NCBI GenBank assembly: GCA_041753535.1
Contig: JBGSUB010000019.1
Coordinates: forward strand, 917-64,916
Source of the DNA: Lentimicrobiaceae bacterium
GTDB taxonomy: Bacteria > Bacteroidota > Bacteroidia > Bacteroidales > UBA4417
Direction: 5' to 3'
Length of the DNA: 64,000 nt
The notes under the pieces were generated by a model. It was not told where the DNA came from. It did no database searches and saw only the letters and a program-made list of their open reading frames with translations. The position numbers and the translations under genes were made by a program. Shown here one piece after another: positions 1 through 8,985 of the stretch; positions within the stretch are counted from its first letter, which is position 1, and each line of letters starts with the position of its first letter.

Positions 1-487
1 AAACCACCTGGGATTTCTGCAAACGGATCCCTATTTTTTTTCTAAAATAACCGGTCGCGAATATCTTCAATTATTGAGCATTGCCAGGAACAGCAAATCT
101 ACCGACTTCGACAGCAGGAATATTTTTGAGCTGCCCCTGAATCAATATGCAATAACCTACTCAACGGGGATGAAAAAGAAACTGGCTCTGACGGCTGTTT
201 TAATGCAGGAAAATAAGGTATTTATTTTGGACGAGCCGTTTAACGGAGTTGACATTCACAGCAATATCATTATCACCGGAATTATTCATAAACTTAAAAC
301 CTTAGGTAAGATAATCGTGATTTCATCACATATTTTTTCAACACTTAACGACACCTGCGACGAAATACATTTGCTTAAAGATGGAGTATTTACCAAAAAA
401 GTATTAAGAGAGGAATTCCCTCAACTTGAACAGGAAATGAAAGATTTTGTGATTGGCAACAAGATTGAAAAGCTTGAGCTCAGGTAG
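1..487 (+). CDS. ABC transporter ATP-binding protein, 5' end cut by the window edge
   Basis: The frame is open from nt 2 (NHLGFLQTDPYFFSKITGREYLQLL...). It has an ABC signature-like YSTGMKKKLAL and Walker B FILDEPFNGVD. Confidence 0.85.
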   Translation, partial: NHLGFLQTDPYFFSKITGREYLQLLSIARNSKSTDFDSRNIFELPLNQYAITYSTGMKKKLALTAVLMQENKVFILDEPFNGVDIHSNIIITGIIHKLKTLGKIIVISSHIFSTLNDTCDEIHLLKDGVFTKKVLREEFPQLEQEMKDFVIGNKIEKLELR

Positions 488-558
488 CCGGTTTCTTTTC
501 TTCATTTGGTAAAGGCCCTATCCGTTTTGGTATGCAATTTGTTTGACTCATAAATGCT

Positions 559-1146
559 ATGAAATTAAAACTGATTCTTTTGTTGTTTTGCTATCTGCCG
601 TTTTTTGCAGTAGCCCAAACAGATTTTAATAAGCAACTTTCGGCAGCTGCTCTCGAACTAACCAAACAAAAGGTTACCTATGATCCCTCATACTTTACAA
701 TCGGATATCCGAACGGTGATGTGCCTGCGGATAAGGGTGTTTGCACGGATGTAATTATCCGTGCCTACCGGAAACTCGGTATTGACCTGCAGAAGGAAGT
801 GCATGAAGATATGAAAGCCAATTTCGCCGAATATCCCAAAATGTGGGGACTCACGCATACCGATAAAAATATCGATCACAGGCGCGTTCCTAATCTTATG
901 GTCTTTTTCGAACGAAAAGGACAGGTTAAACCAATTAGCAATAAACCTTCCGATTATAAACCCGGCGATATTGTATGCTGGAATCTAGGTGGCGGCGTGA
1001 CTCATATTGGGTTGGTGGTGGAAATGAAATCAGCCGATGGCTTGAGATACCAGGTTGTGCACAATATTGGTGGCGGGCAGGTGCTTGCCGATTGTTTATT
1101 TGATTTTAAAATTATCGGGCATTTTACCTATGCGAAATCGCAATGA
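559..1146 (+). CDS. DUF1287 family secreted protein
   Basis: It has a signal peptide (LPFFAVAQ). YDPSYFTIGYPNGDVPADKGVCTDVIIRAYRKLGIDLQ matches my memory of the DUF1287 family. Confidence 0.7.
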   Translation: MKLKLILLLFCYLPFFAVAQTDFNKQLSAAALELTKQKVTYDPSYFTIGYPNGDVPADKGVCTDVIIRAYRKLGIDLQKEVHEDMKANFAEYPKMWGLTHTDKNIDHRRVPNLMVFFERKGQVKPISNKPSDYKPGDIVCWNLGGGVTHIGLVVEMKSADGLRYQVVHNIGGGQVLADCLFDFKIIGHFTYAKSQ

Positions 1147-1219
1147 CACTTATAAAAGCATCCAAAGGACTCATTGATACTGTGTTGCAATACAAGAAAA
1201 TCAATAGTCTTCCTAACTG

Positions 1220-1393
1220 ATGAATAAAACTCTGCAAGTCCTTCCCAAATATAAATTGGGTGCAGTATTCGTATTGGGAATTTGTACATTTGTCAGCAAC
1301 TTAGCCCTCATTTTGTTTAATGGAGCAGTATTGTTTAAATTTCAATCAGCATCAATTTTAAAACAATCTGTATATTCTGTTTCCAGAATCTAA
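1220..1393 (+). CDS. Possible 57-aa single-pass membrane peptide, below the ORF-track cutoff
   Basis: I translated ATG..TAA by hand: MNKTLQVLPKYKLGAVFVLGICTFVSNLALILFNGAVLFKFQSASILKQSVYSVSRI. It has one hydrophobic helix and lies in an otherwise empty 278-bp gap. Confidence 0.3.
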   Translation: MNKTLQVLPKYKLGAVFVLGICTFVSNLALILFNGAVLFKFQSASILKQSVYSVSRI

Positions 1394-1424
1394 GAGAAAT
1401 TTTTAACCATTATTACTTAAAAAC

Positions 1425-3512
1425 ATGTCCCGATTTCTCCTGATTCTTATCTTATTCATTCCGTTATTCCATAGTGCTCAATCAATTGAATATCCGGCCA
1501 CCGAAAAAATCACCATTGTTGATACATTTTTTAATACAAGGGTTTTAGATGATTACCGATGGCTCGAAAATCAGAACGATACCCGGGTTAATAAGTGGGT
1601 GGAACAACAGAATTCGCTTACTGCCAAAGAATTAAGAAAGGCTGCATTTAAAATTAATTCATATACAGCAATCGATAAGTATGCTTATGTGAATTACGAT
1701 AATCCCCAGAAACAAGGCGATTACTATTTTACTTATGCATACTATAATAATGTTGGGGCTCCTGCCTTATTTTGCTCAAATTCCCTCAGGGGTAATCCGT
1801 CCGTACTGGTCGATCCAAATTTTATTTCATCGAAAGACAACATCGGGATAAAAGGATATTCAGTTTCAATGGATTCCAAATTCCTTGCATTCCAGTTTAG
1901 CCGTAACGGCAGCGACTGGGGCGAAATTATGGTTATCAACATAAAAACCGGAATTTATAAGAATGATCATCTGAAACATGTTAAATATTCGAATATTTCC
2001 TGGAAAGGAGATGGCTTTTACTATTCAAGGTTTCCCGAACAGGGAATTGAAAAAACGACGGGTCAACAGGTTTATTTTCATACGATAGGAACAGATCAGG
2101 AACAGGATGTACTGGTGTTTAAAAGAGCCAGCAATCCCGATATTTTCTTTTCCACCATGACTACTTCCGATGAAAGGTATTTTGTTTTAACCGAAACTTA
2201 CGAGGCGAAAGGCGTAAAAAGCTTTTATTTTATCGACTTTCTGGATTCAGTGCCTGCGCTAAAGCCTTTATTAACAAACCTGAAAAGCAATGATAATATT
2301 AACATTATTGATAACCAGGGTCAGTATCTGATTGCTTCTACCTTCAAGGGAGGCAACAACGGAATGCTTGTCAGGATTAACCCATCAGCGCCCAGGTCAT
2401 GGGAAATTCTTGTCCCTGAATACAGCACCGCCTTGTTGCTGGATGTTACCTTGCTCGAAGACAGGATTATAAATATTTACCAAACAAACCGGAAGCAACA
2501 GATAGTATCGTTCGACTACACTGGCAGGCAATTAAATGTAATCCCGATGCCGTTTGGCTTTTCAGTAAAGGGCCTGAATGGAGAGAAAAACGACAAGCAA
2601 TTAACCTTTTCCTACAGCGGTTATACTCAGCCACCATTAGTATATATACTTGATATAGAGACCTTTGAAATGAAGGCTTTGAGCACAACTATTGTGAATT
2701 TTGATTTTACACAATTCGAAACAAAGGAGCTTGAATATCCATCATTCGACGGAACAACGGTGCCATTATTTATAATCTATCAGAAGGGTATAAATCTGAA
2801 AAACCCAAATCCAGCATTATTGACTGCTTATGGCGGTTTTGGCTCTATCGTGAGCCCCGGATTTAATCCAGGGATTGTTCATTTTTTAAAAGAAGGCGGA
2901 ATTTATGCCGTTGCCAATATCCGCGGTGGCGGGGATAAGGGAGAGGAATGGGCGCAAAGAGGGAAGGGGAAATACAAGCAGAACTCATTCGGCGATTTTA
3001 TTTCAGCGGCTGAATTTCTTATAAGTAACGGCTATACAAGCTGCAACAAACTTGCCATTACCGGTGCATCAAACGGAGGTTTGGTTGTTGGAGCGGCAAT
3101 GACGCAACGACCTGATTTATTTAAGGTTGCAGTGCCTGTGGTTGCGCCGATGGACATGATACGCTTCGAAAAATTCACTATTGGCCACCTTCATGCCGAT
3201 GAATACGGAAGCACAACTGATTCAGCCGGTTTTTTCAACCTGCTTTCCTATAGCCCTTTGCATAACATAAAAGATGATATTAATTACCCGGCTACTTTAA
3301 TAATGACCTCCGAAAATGATGACCGTGTACCACCGTTTCATTCATATAAATTTGCATCTGAGCTTCAAAGCCGAAAAACTCAGTTAAACCCTGTTTTATT
3401 AAGGGTTGAAAAGGATGCAGGGCATTACGGCGCAGCAAAAAGTTTTAAATCGGAACTTAAGGAAAGTGCCGATATGTTTGACTTCATAATGTATTACCTT
3501 GGCATGGATTAA
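1425..3512 (+). CDS. Prolyl oligopeptidase (S9A family serine peptidase)
   Basis: It has a YRWLEN motif and a beta-propeller region. The catalytic Ser is in GASNGGLVVG, Asp in ENDDRVPP and His in DAGHYG. Confidence 0.9.
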   Translation: MSRFLLILILFIPLFHSAQSIEYPATEKITIVDTFFNTRVLDDYRWLENQNDTRVNKWVEQQNSLTAKELRKAAFKINSYTAIDKYAYVNYDNPQKQGDYYFTYAYYNNVGAPALFCSNSLRGNPSVLVDPNFISSKDNIGIKGYSVSMDSKFLAFQFSRNGSDWGEIMVINIKTGIYKNDHLKHVKYSNISWKGDGFYYSRFPEQGIEKTTGQQVYFHTIGTDQEQDVLVFKRASNPDIFFSTMTTSDERYFVLTETYEAKGVKSFYFIDFLDSVPALKPLLTNLKSNDNINIIDNQGQYLIASTFKGGNNGMLVRINPSAPRSWEILVPEYSTALLLDVTLLEDRIINIYQTNRKQQIVSFDYTGRQLNVIPMPFGFSVKGLNGEKNDKQLTFSYSGYTQPPLVYILDIETFEMKALSTTIVNFDFTQFETKELEYPSFDGTTVPLFIIYQKGINLKNPNPALLTAYGGFGSIVSPGFNPGIVHFLKEGGIYAVANIRGGGDKGEEWAQRGKGKYKQNSFGDFISAAEFLISNGYTSCNKLAITGASNGGLVVGAAMTQRPDLFKVAVPVVAPMDMIRFEKFTIGHLHADEYGSTTDSAGFFNLLSYSPLHNIKDDINYPATLIMTSENDDRVPPFHSYKFASELQSRKTQLNPVLLRVEKDAGHYGAAKSFKSELKESADMFDFIMYYLGMD

Positions 3513-3815
3513 CATTTGACTTCTGCAGTTGAATTTAAACAGGCAGAACAAAAAACAAATGGTATTTTGATGCAACACCGAAATAAAAAATACTCAAACG
3601 GATGAGTAGAAAAATTCCATATTATTGCATTAATCAACATGTTTCTGAAAATTGTATTTCTATGTCGGTTATTACATTATTAGATTAAAAATCACTTTAG
3701 TCCGGAGAAAAATTTTGCAATAAGGTCTAACTACTTGATTTATACCGTCTGCCATAGGCGGGTTGTCCCGTTAGGGACAACATGTTGGTAGAAAATAAGT
3801 TATAAAAAAGGTAAA

Positions 3816-3840
3816 GTCCCGTCAGGGACGATATTTTTTT
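3816..3840. terminator. Hairpin GTCCC-GTCA-GGGAC followed by a T7 run; probable bidirectional terminator serving ispG and/or a + strand transcript
   Basis: A 5-bp GC stem is followed by GATATTTTTTT on the + strand. On the - strand the same hairpin is followed by TTTACCTTTTTT, about 50 nt after the ispG stop. Confidence 0.5.
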
Positions 3841-3888
3841 CTATCACACAATAGTGATTAAAAAATACAGACAATTTTTAACGGGCTT

Positions 3889-5496
3889 TTATAAATCCTT
3901 CCAATCCCCTGATATCTTTATCAATTCTATCAGCATTGTGATGGCTTCTTCCTGCGGGATATTTCTGTATGTAACTTCTTTCCCCTTATAAAGTGATACT
4001 ATGCCCTGGCCTGCCCCAACATACCCGTAATCAGCATCCGCCATTTCGCCGGGACCGTTTACAATGCATCCCATAACAGCTATTTTCAGGCCTGTAAGAT
4101 GCCGGGTGGCTGACTTCACCTGTTGCAGAGTCGTTTCAATATCAAAAAGGGTCCGACCACACGAAGGGCATGAAATGTACTCGGTTCGTGTTATCCGGGC
4201 GCGGGTAGCCTGCAAAATGGCGAAAGCTGTGTTGTTAACAATTTCAGGACTGATATTGAAAGCCACCGGCCAAATCGCATTTCCGATTCCATCAATCAGT
4301 AAACTCCCGAAATCAATTGAAGTGTCAACCTGAAAACGAAGAAGATTATCAGTGCTGTAAGTATTTTTAAGTATCAGCGGTTTTTTGCCGGATTCATCTG
4401 TCGAAAGCAGCTGCTTTTTTATTCCGGCCGCATCTCCTTCAAGAATAGCTACATTATTAAAGTCAGTTTCTGGTAGTGATCCGATTGTTGCATAATGTTC
4501 ATCTACAATGCAATTGGTATCGGTTTTCTTTGCTATAACTGCAGTAGGATATTTCCCGCCAATGCCTGAAACGGCAATAGTTTCCCGTTTGGCAAAAGGC
4601 CTGGAGGAATAAGGCCCCGGTTCTTTGTTTCCGGATTGCAGCCTCGAAGCGTTGTATCGCTCCGTAATGGCAAGTGCAACCGGTATTTCGGTTTCAGGAT
4701 CCCCGGTGAGCGAAACCCGGATGGTATCGCCGATCCCATCTTCGAGCAGGGTCCCTATTCCCACAGCTGATTTTATTATACCGTCCTCCCCGTTGCCGGC
4801 TTCGGTAACCCCAAGGTGAACGGGAAAGCTCATTCCTTCGGCCATCATTTTCTGCACAAGCAATCGTGTTGATTGAACCATTATGCGCACATTGCTCGAC
4901 TTCATTGAGAAAACCACATCCCGGAACCCTTCCTGAATGCATATTCTCCCAAATTCAAGCGAGCTTTCAACCATGCCTTCAGGGGTGTCGCCGTAGCGGT
5001 TCATAATGCGGCTGCTTAGCGAGCCATGATTAGTGCCGATGCGGATGGCTGTCCCGTTCTGTTTGCATATCAGCAATAACGGGCGCAGGCGTTCGGCAAT
5101 GCTGAATAATTCCTCATCGTACTCTTTTTCGGAAAGTATAATTGCGGAAGTGCGTTTATCGGCATAATTTCCTGGATTAATCCTCACTTTTTCCACGATT
5201 TCTGCGGCAATTTCAGCAGCACGCGGGTTAAAATGAATATCGGCAATAAGCGGAACCTTGATTCCTTTCTGCTGCAATCCCTTTTTAATCAGGCTAAGGC
5301 TTTTTGCTTCTGTTATACCCTGGGCCGTAAACCTTACCATTTCGCAACCGGCATTTACAAGCCTTATGCATTGTGCAATGGAAGCTTCAATATCGTTGGT
5401 ATTGGTATTGGTCATGGATTGCACCCTGATGGGGGAATGCCCGCCCAGCGGCAGGTTGCCGATATGTATTATCTCTGAAAAATATTTTGAAAACAT
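3889..5496 (-). CDS. ispG: 4-hydroxy-3-methylbut-2-en-1-yl diphosphate synthase, long form with inserted domain
   Basis: The N-terminal TIM-barrel motifs are PIRVQSMTNT and RINPGN. The C-terminal 4Fe-4S Cys motif is ISCPSCGRT...VMGCIVNGPGE. Confidence 0.92.
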   Translation of the reverse strand: MFSKYFSEIIHIGNLPLGGHSPIRVQSMTNTNTNDIEASIAQCIRLVNAGCEMVRFTAQGITEAKSLSLIKKGLQQKGIKVPLIADIHFNPRAAEIAAEIVEKVRINPGNYADKRTSAIILSEKEYDEELFSIAERLRPLLLICKQNGTAIRIGTNHGSLSSRIMNRYGDTPEGMVESSLEFGRICIQEGFRDVVFSMKSSNVRIMVQSTRLLVQKMMAEGMSFPVHLGVTEAGNGEDGIIKSAVGIGTLLEDGIGDTIRVSLTGDPETEIPVALAITERYNASRLQSGNKEPGPYSSRPFAKRETIAVSGIGGKYPTAVIAKKTDTNCIVDEHYATIGSLPETDFNNVAILEGDAAGIKKQLLSTDESGKKPLILKNTYSTDNLLRFQVDTSIDFGSLLIDGIGNAIWPVAFNISPEIVNNTAFAILQATRARITRTEYISCPSCGRTLFDIETTLQQVKSATRHLTGLKIAVMGCIVNGPGEMADADYGYVGAGQGIVSLYKGKEVTYRNIPQEEAITMLIELIKISGDWKDL

Positions 5497-5538
5497 GGCA
5501 ATCAGCAGATATATAAAATGGAAGCAGGAACAGGTGTA

Positions 5539-6111
5539 TTAACCGATAATTTCCTTGATTTCAGGATCGTTTTCAACCATTTTTTTCAAAGCTTCCTTGC
5601 AGAGATACTTTTTGGTTTTGGCATAAAACTCCGATTTGTATCCCATATGATCAGCAATCTCCTTAGCCGACATCTTGGTAAGGAACAGCTTCAAAAGTTT
5701 CTGGCAGTCTTCGCTCAGGTTATCGAACTGACGTATAAACGACTGGTATTTCTCTTCGTATTCGAGGTGAACCTCCAGGCCAACTTCAGGCGAATCGAGC
5801 CAACGGGTTAGTTCATCCTGGTTTTTATAAGTCATGCGTCTGCGTTTCAGTTTCTGCAACCAAAGGTTTTTGCTGATGGAGTACAGATAGGTTATAAAAG
5901 AGGAACTCAGCTGGAAATCATCATCTTTTATTTTGGTTAGTATTACCAGTAAAGCTTCCTGAAAAACATCTTCAGCATCTTCTTCGAGCCCTGCATTGTT
6001 TTTAATCAGATATTTTATGGATGGGAAAAACTCCTTATATACATAGCGTATAATAAAATCACTATTAAGCCGGAGGCCTTCAACTATGGCATAATCTGAA
6101 TAGTGAATCAT
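5539..6111 (-). CDS. RNA polymerase sigma-70 family (ECF-like) factor
   Basis: Region 2 (DVFQEALLVILTKI...ITYLYSISKNLW) and a region 4 HTH (LSEDCQKLLKLFLTKMSAKEIADHMGY) are present in a 190-aa protein. Confidence 0.8.
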   Translation of the reverse strand: MIHYSDYAIVEGLRLNSDFIIRYVYKEFFPSIKYLIKNNAGLEEDAEDVFQEALLVILTKIKDDDFQLSSSFITYLYSISKNLWLQKLKRRRMTYKNQDELTRWLDSPEVGLEVHLEYEEKYQSFIRQFDNLSEDCQKLLKLFLTKMSAKEIADHMGYKSEFYAKTKKYLCKEALKKMVENDPEIKEIIG

Positions 6112-6833
6112 TTAGGTGACAAAGGTTTTGGTCAATCAGTAGTTAAATCCTGAAAAATAGCTGGTAATTTACAATCAACAGGATGTATATCAGTTATTTA
6201 ATGCAGGTTTCAGTGGCTTTTGGGATGTGAAGGTAATAAATATTTTAAAAAACCAATCCCATTGTTTTGGCATTTATTAACTAATGATTGTTAGGAAGTT
6301 AATAATCAGTAATTTATATGCTGCGACAATTTTGAAGATATATAATCGAGCCTGATTTATCTTATCAGTGGTACCATATTTTATTTGGTTCTGCCTTTAA
6401 CATGATAGGAATGGCTTTTTAAAAGGTCTGAAGATGAAAGGCAGATGATGATACTAATTGGAGATTAGACCCAATTAAGTGAAAATTTCTGGTGAAAGCA
6501 AATTGCCCTGCAAAGCCTAATATTCATGGATAAATGAGGTTATCGGAAAACTTCTGACTTCCCTGCCTGCAGCAGGCAAGCGGTTTCTGACTTCCGACAA
6601 AATATGTATTTCCAACAAATATACAGTAGTACCTTTTAGTTTAACTATCGCGTTGCCTGCAAACTACTTGTTGCAAAGACATAAAGCGGGAAAATCAAAG
6701 CCTTGAGCCGGATTTTGCATTTAATAGGGCAAAATCAATTTTATCCAGCCTGACTATTTCAATCGTGACTAAATATACCTGTCAGGATATTTGAGAAATG
6801 TTGTAATATTGTCTTTTATGAAATTTTCAATTT

Positions 6834-8921
6834 ATGGCAGTGCTTTCAATTATTATGCCGGCATATAATAAAGGTCGCACCATACATCTGATTCTCGACA
6901 GAATAAGGGAAGTTGAACTTACAGGCGGCCTTGCCAAAGAAGTTATTATAGTAAATGATTGTTCCACTGACGATACCGAGGAAGCTGTTTTCCTCTACCG
7001 GAATACTCATCCCGGTTTTGAATTGAAATATTTTAAGCACGAAGTAAATAAAGGCAAAGGAGCAGCCTTACACACTGGCATAAGAGAATCAACAGGCGAT
7101 TACATTATTATTCAGGATGCCGACCTTGAATATGATCCGGAAGAATACAATTTACTGCTGAAACCTATGCTTAAAGGCAACGCCGACGTTGTTTACGGAT
7201 CGAGATTTATTGGCGGTCGACCTCACCGTATATTATTTTTCTGGCATACTTTCGGCAATAGGTTTCTAACTTTTATGAGCAATATGTTCTCCAATCTGAA
7301 TCTTACAGATATGGAAACATGTTATAAACTTTTCAGAAGTGATATTATAAAAGGAATTCCTTTGATGGAAAACCGTTTTGGATTTGAACCCGAAGTTACC
7401 CAGAAAATTTCTCGTATAGCCGGGCTGCGTTTGTACGAAGTAGGAATCTCATATTATGGCCGGACCTACGACGAAGGCAAAAAAATAGGTTGGCGTGATG
7501 GTTTTCGGGCACTATACTGTATTCTGAAATATGGGCTTCCATCGCAGGATAAATTGTCGAATGCTGCGGCTGCAGCCAGGGAAGGCCAGCTCACAAAAAA
7601 AGCAGGAATAGGTTTGATCGCCATACTCGGTGCTGTTTTCTTTATCAGCGGAATTCATAATATTAACAAGCATTATAATCCGGAAGGATACAATAAAATA
7701 TTCGTATCGGATGGGTTAGGCTATTACCAATATCTTCCTGCACAATTTAATACAGGAAGTTTTATTACCGGTCAACGTTGGTGCTTGATACTCGAAAATG
7801 GCTTGTATCTCAACAAGTTTACCTGGGGCGTAGCTTACATGCAGGCTCCTTTTTATTTCATTGCCGAGTTATGGCTGAGAATTTCCGGGCAAAAAAGTGA
7901 CGGATATACCGAAATTAATGGGTTCCTTGTAATTGTTGGGGCTTTGCTGTATTGTTTCCTTGCTTTACTGCTAATTTTCCGCATGCTTCGGCCGGTATTC
8001 GGCAACCTATTATCACTGTTTACTGTTTTACTTCTTTTTTATGCTACAAACCTGATTTACTATACCCTTGTCGAGGCAGCGATGTCGCATGTGTATTCGT
8101 TTTTCCTGGTAACACTTTTTATTTACCGAACTCCCTATTTCTACCGAAATCCAACAATTAAAAATTTACTTTGGTTAGCATTACCCCTTGCAATTATCAC
8201 CCTTATAAGGCAATCAAATGGTATTATTGCAATGTATCTGTTATTGTATGAAATATCAAGCTGGAAATTATTCCTTGCACGGATAGAGTTCTGGCTTCGG
8301 AAATGGTACCTTGCATTGTTAGGGATAGCGGTTATATTTATAGTGTTTATCCCCCAATTTGTTTACTGGCATTTGATTACCGGCCATTGGTATATTTATG
8401 CTTATGGGTATAAGGATATGTCGGAAGCATCCTTCCTGTACTGGAAAAATCCGCAAATTGGTAAAGTACTTGCCGGACCTGTTTCAGGCTGGTTAGTCTA
8501 TTCCCCGGTTATGATTTTCAGTGTTGCTGGTATCATTTGGATGCTTACCAAGAGAGTTGCCAATTCAATAAGCCTGATCCTCGTTTTTACAGTAACCTTG
8601 TACGTTGTTTCAAGCTGGTGGTGCTATTCGTTCGATTGTGGCTTCGGTCACAGGGCTTTTATAGATTTATATGGAATGCTTGCATTTCCGCTGGCATATG
8701 CATTATCAATGATATTCGTAAAAAAGAAATTGCTCATTAATACACTGCTGATATCAGTCCTTTTATTCATGATGTATGTGAATGTGCGACTATCAATGAT
8801 GTACAAATACGATGGATGTTGGAACACTGACGCCTGGACGTGGAAACATTATGGGCATGTTATGAAGAAGGCTGCAACTGGTGGCGATTACAAGCAAAAT
8901 AATCATCAGCTTAATGAATGA
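6834..8921 (+). CDS. Fusion protein: GT2 polyprenol-phosphate glycosyltransferase (DPM1/GtrB/ArnC-like) plus a ~450-aa polytopic GT-C-like membrane domain
   Basis: The N-terminus reads SIIMPAYN...IVNDCSTDDT...IIIQDADLEYDP...GFEPE. From about aa 250 there are around 10-11 hydrophobic helices, with SDGLGYYQYLP in the first loop. Confidence 0.8.
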   Translation: MAVLSIIMPAYNKGRTIHLILDRIREVELTGGLAKEVIIVNDCSTDDTEEAVFLYRNTHPGFELKYFKHEVNKGKGAALHTGIRESTGDYIIIQDADLEYDPEEYNLLLKPMLKGNADVVYGSRFIGGRPHRILFFWHTFGNRFLTFMSNMFSNLNLTDMETCYKLFRSDIIKGIPLMENRFGFEPEVTQKISRIAGLRLYEVGISYYGRTYDEGKKIGWRDGFRALYCILKYGLPSQDKLSNAAAAAREGQLTKKAGIGLIAILGAVFFISGIHNINKHYNPEGYNKIFVSDGLGYYQYLPAQFNTGSFITGQRWCLILENGLYLNKFTWGVAYMQAPFYFIAELWLRISGQKSDGYTEINGFLVIVGALLYCFLALLLIFRMLRPVFGNLLSLFTVLLLFYATNLIYYTLVEAAMSHVYSFFLVTLFIYRTPYFYRNPTIKNLLWLALPLAIITLIRQSNGIIAMYLLLYEISSWKLFLARIEFWLRKWYLALLGIAVIFIVFIPQFVYWHLITGHWYIYAYGYKDMSEASFLYWKNPQIGKVLAGPVSGWLVYSPVMIFSVAGIIWMLTKRVANSISLILVFTVTLYVVSSWWCYSFDCGFGHRAFIDLYGMLAFPLAYALSMIFVKKKLLINTLLISVLLFMMYVNVRLSMMYKYDGCWNTDAWTWKHYGHVMKKAATGGDYKQNNHQLNE

Positions 8922-8985
8922 CCGGATATAATAAAATGATCTGAAAAGAGTTATTATTCTACATTCATTTTCACAGAAACCACCC

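Noticed and set aside
6391-6450. AAGGUCUGAAGAUGAAAGGCAGAUGAUG shows local resemblance to the AAGGCAGAUGA stretch of E. coli 4.5S/SRP RNA.
   Set aside because: The conserved SRP domain IV core (GGAA tetraloop hairpin with flanking AGCAG/GGUCC symmetric loop) is absent. The local fold is also different. The shared 11-mer is probably coincidental.
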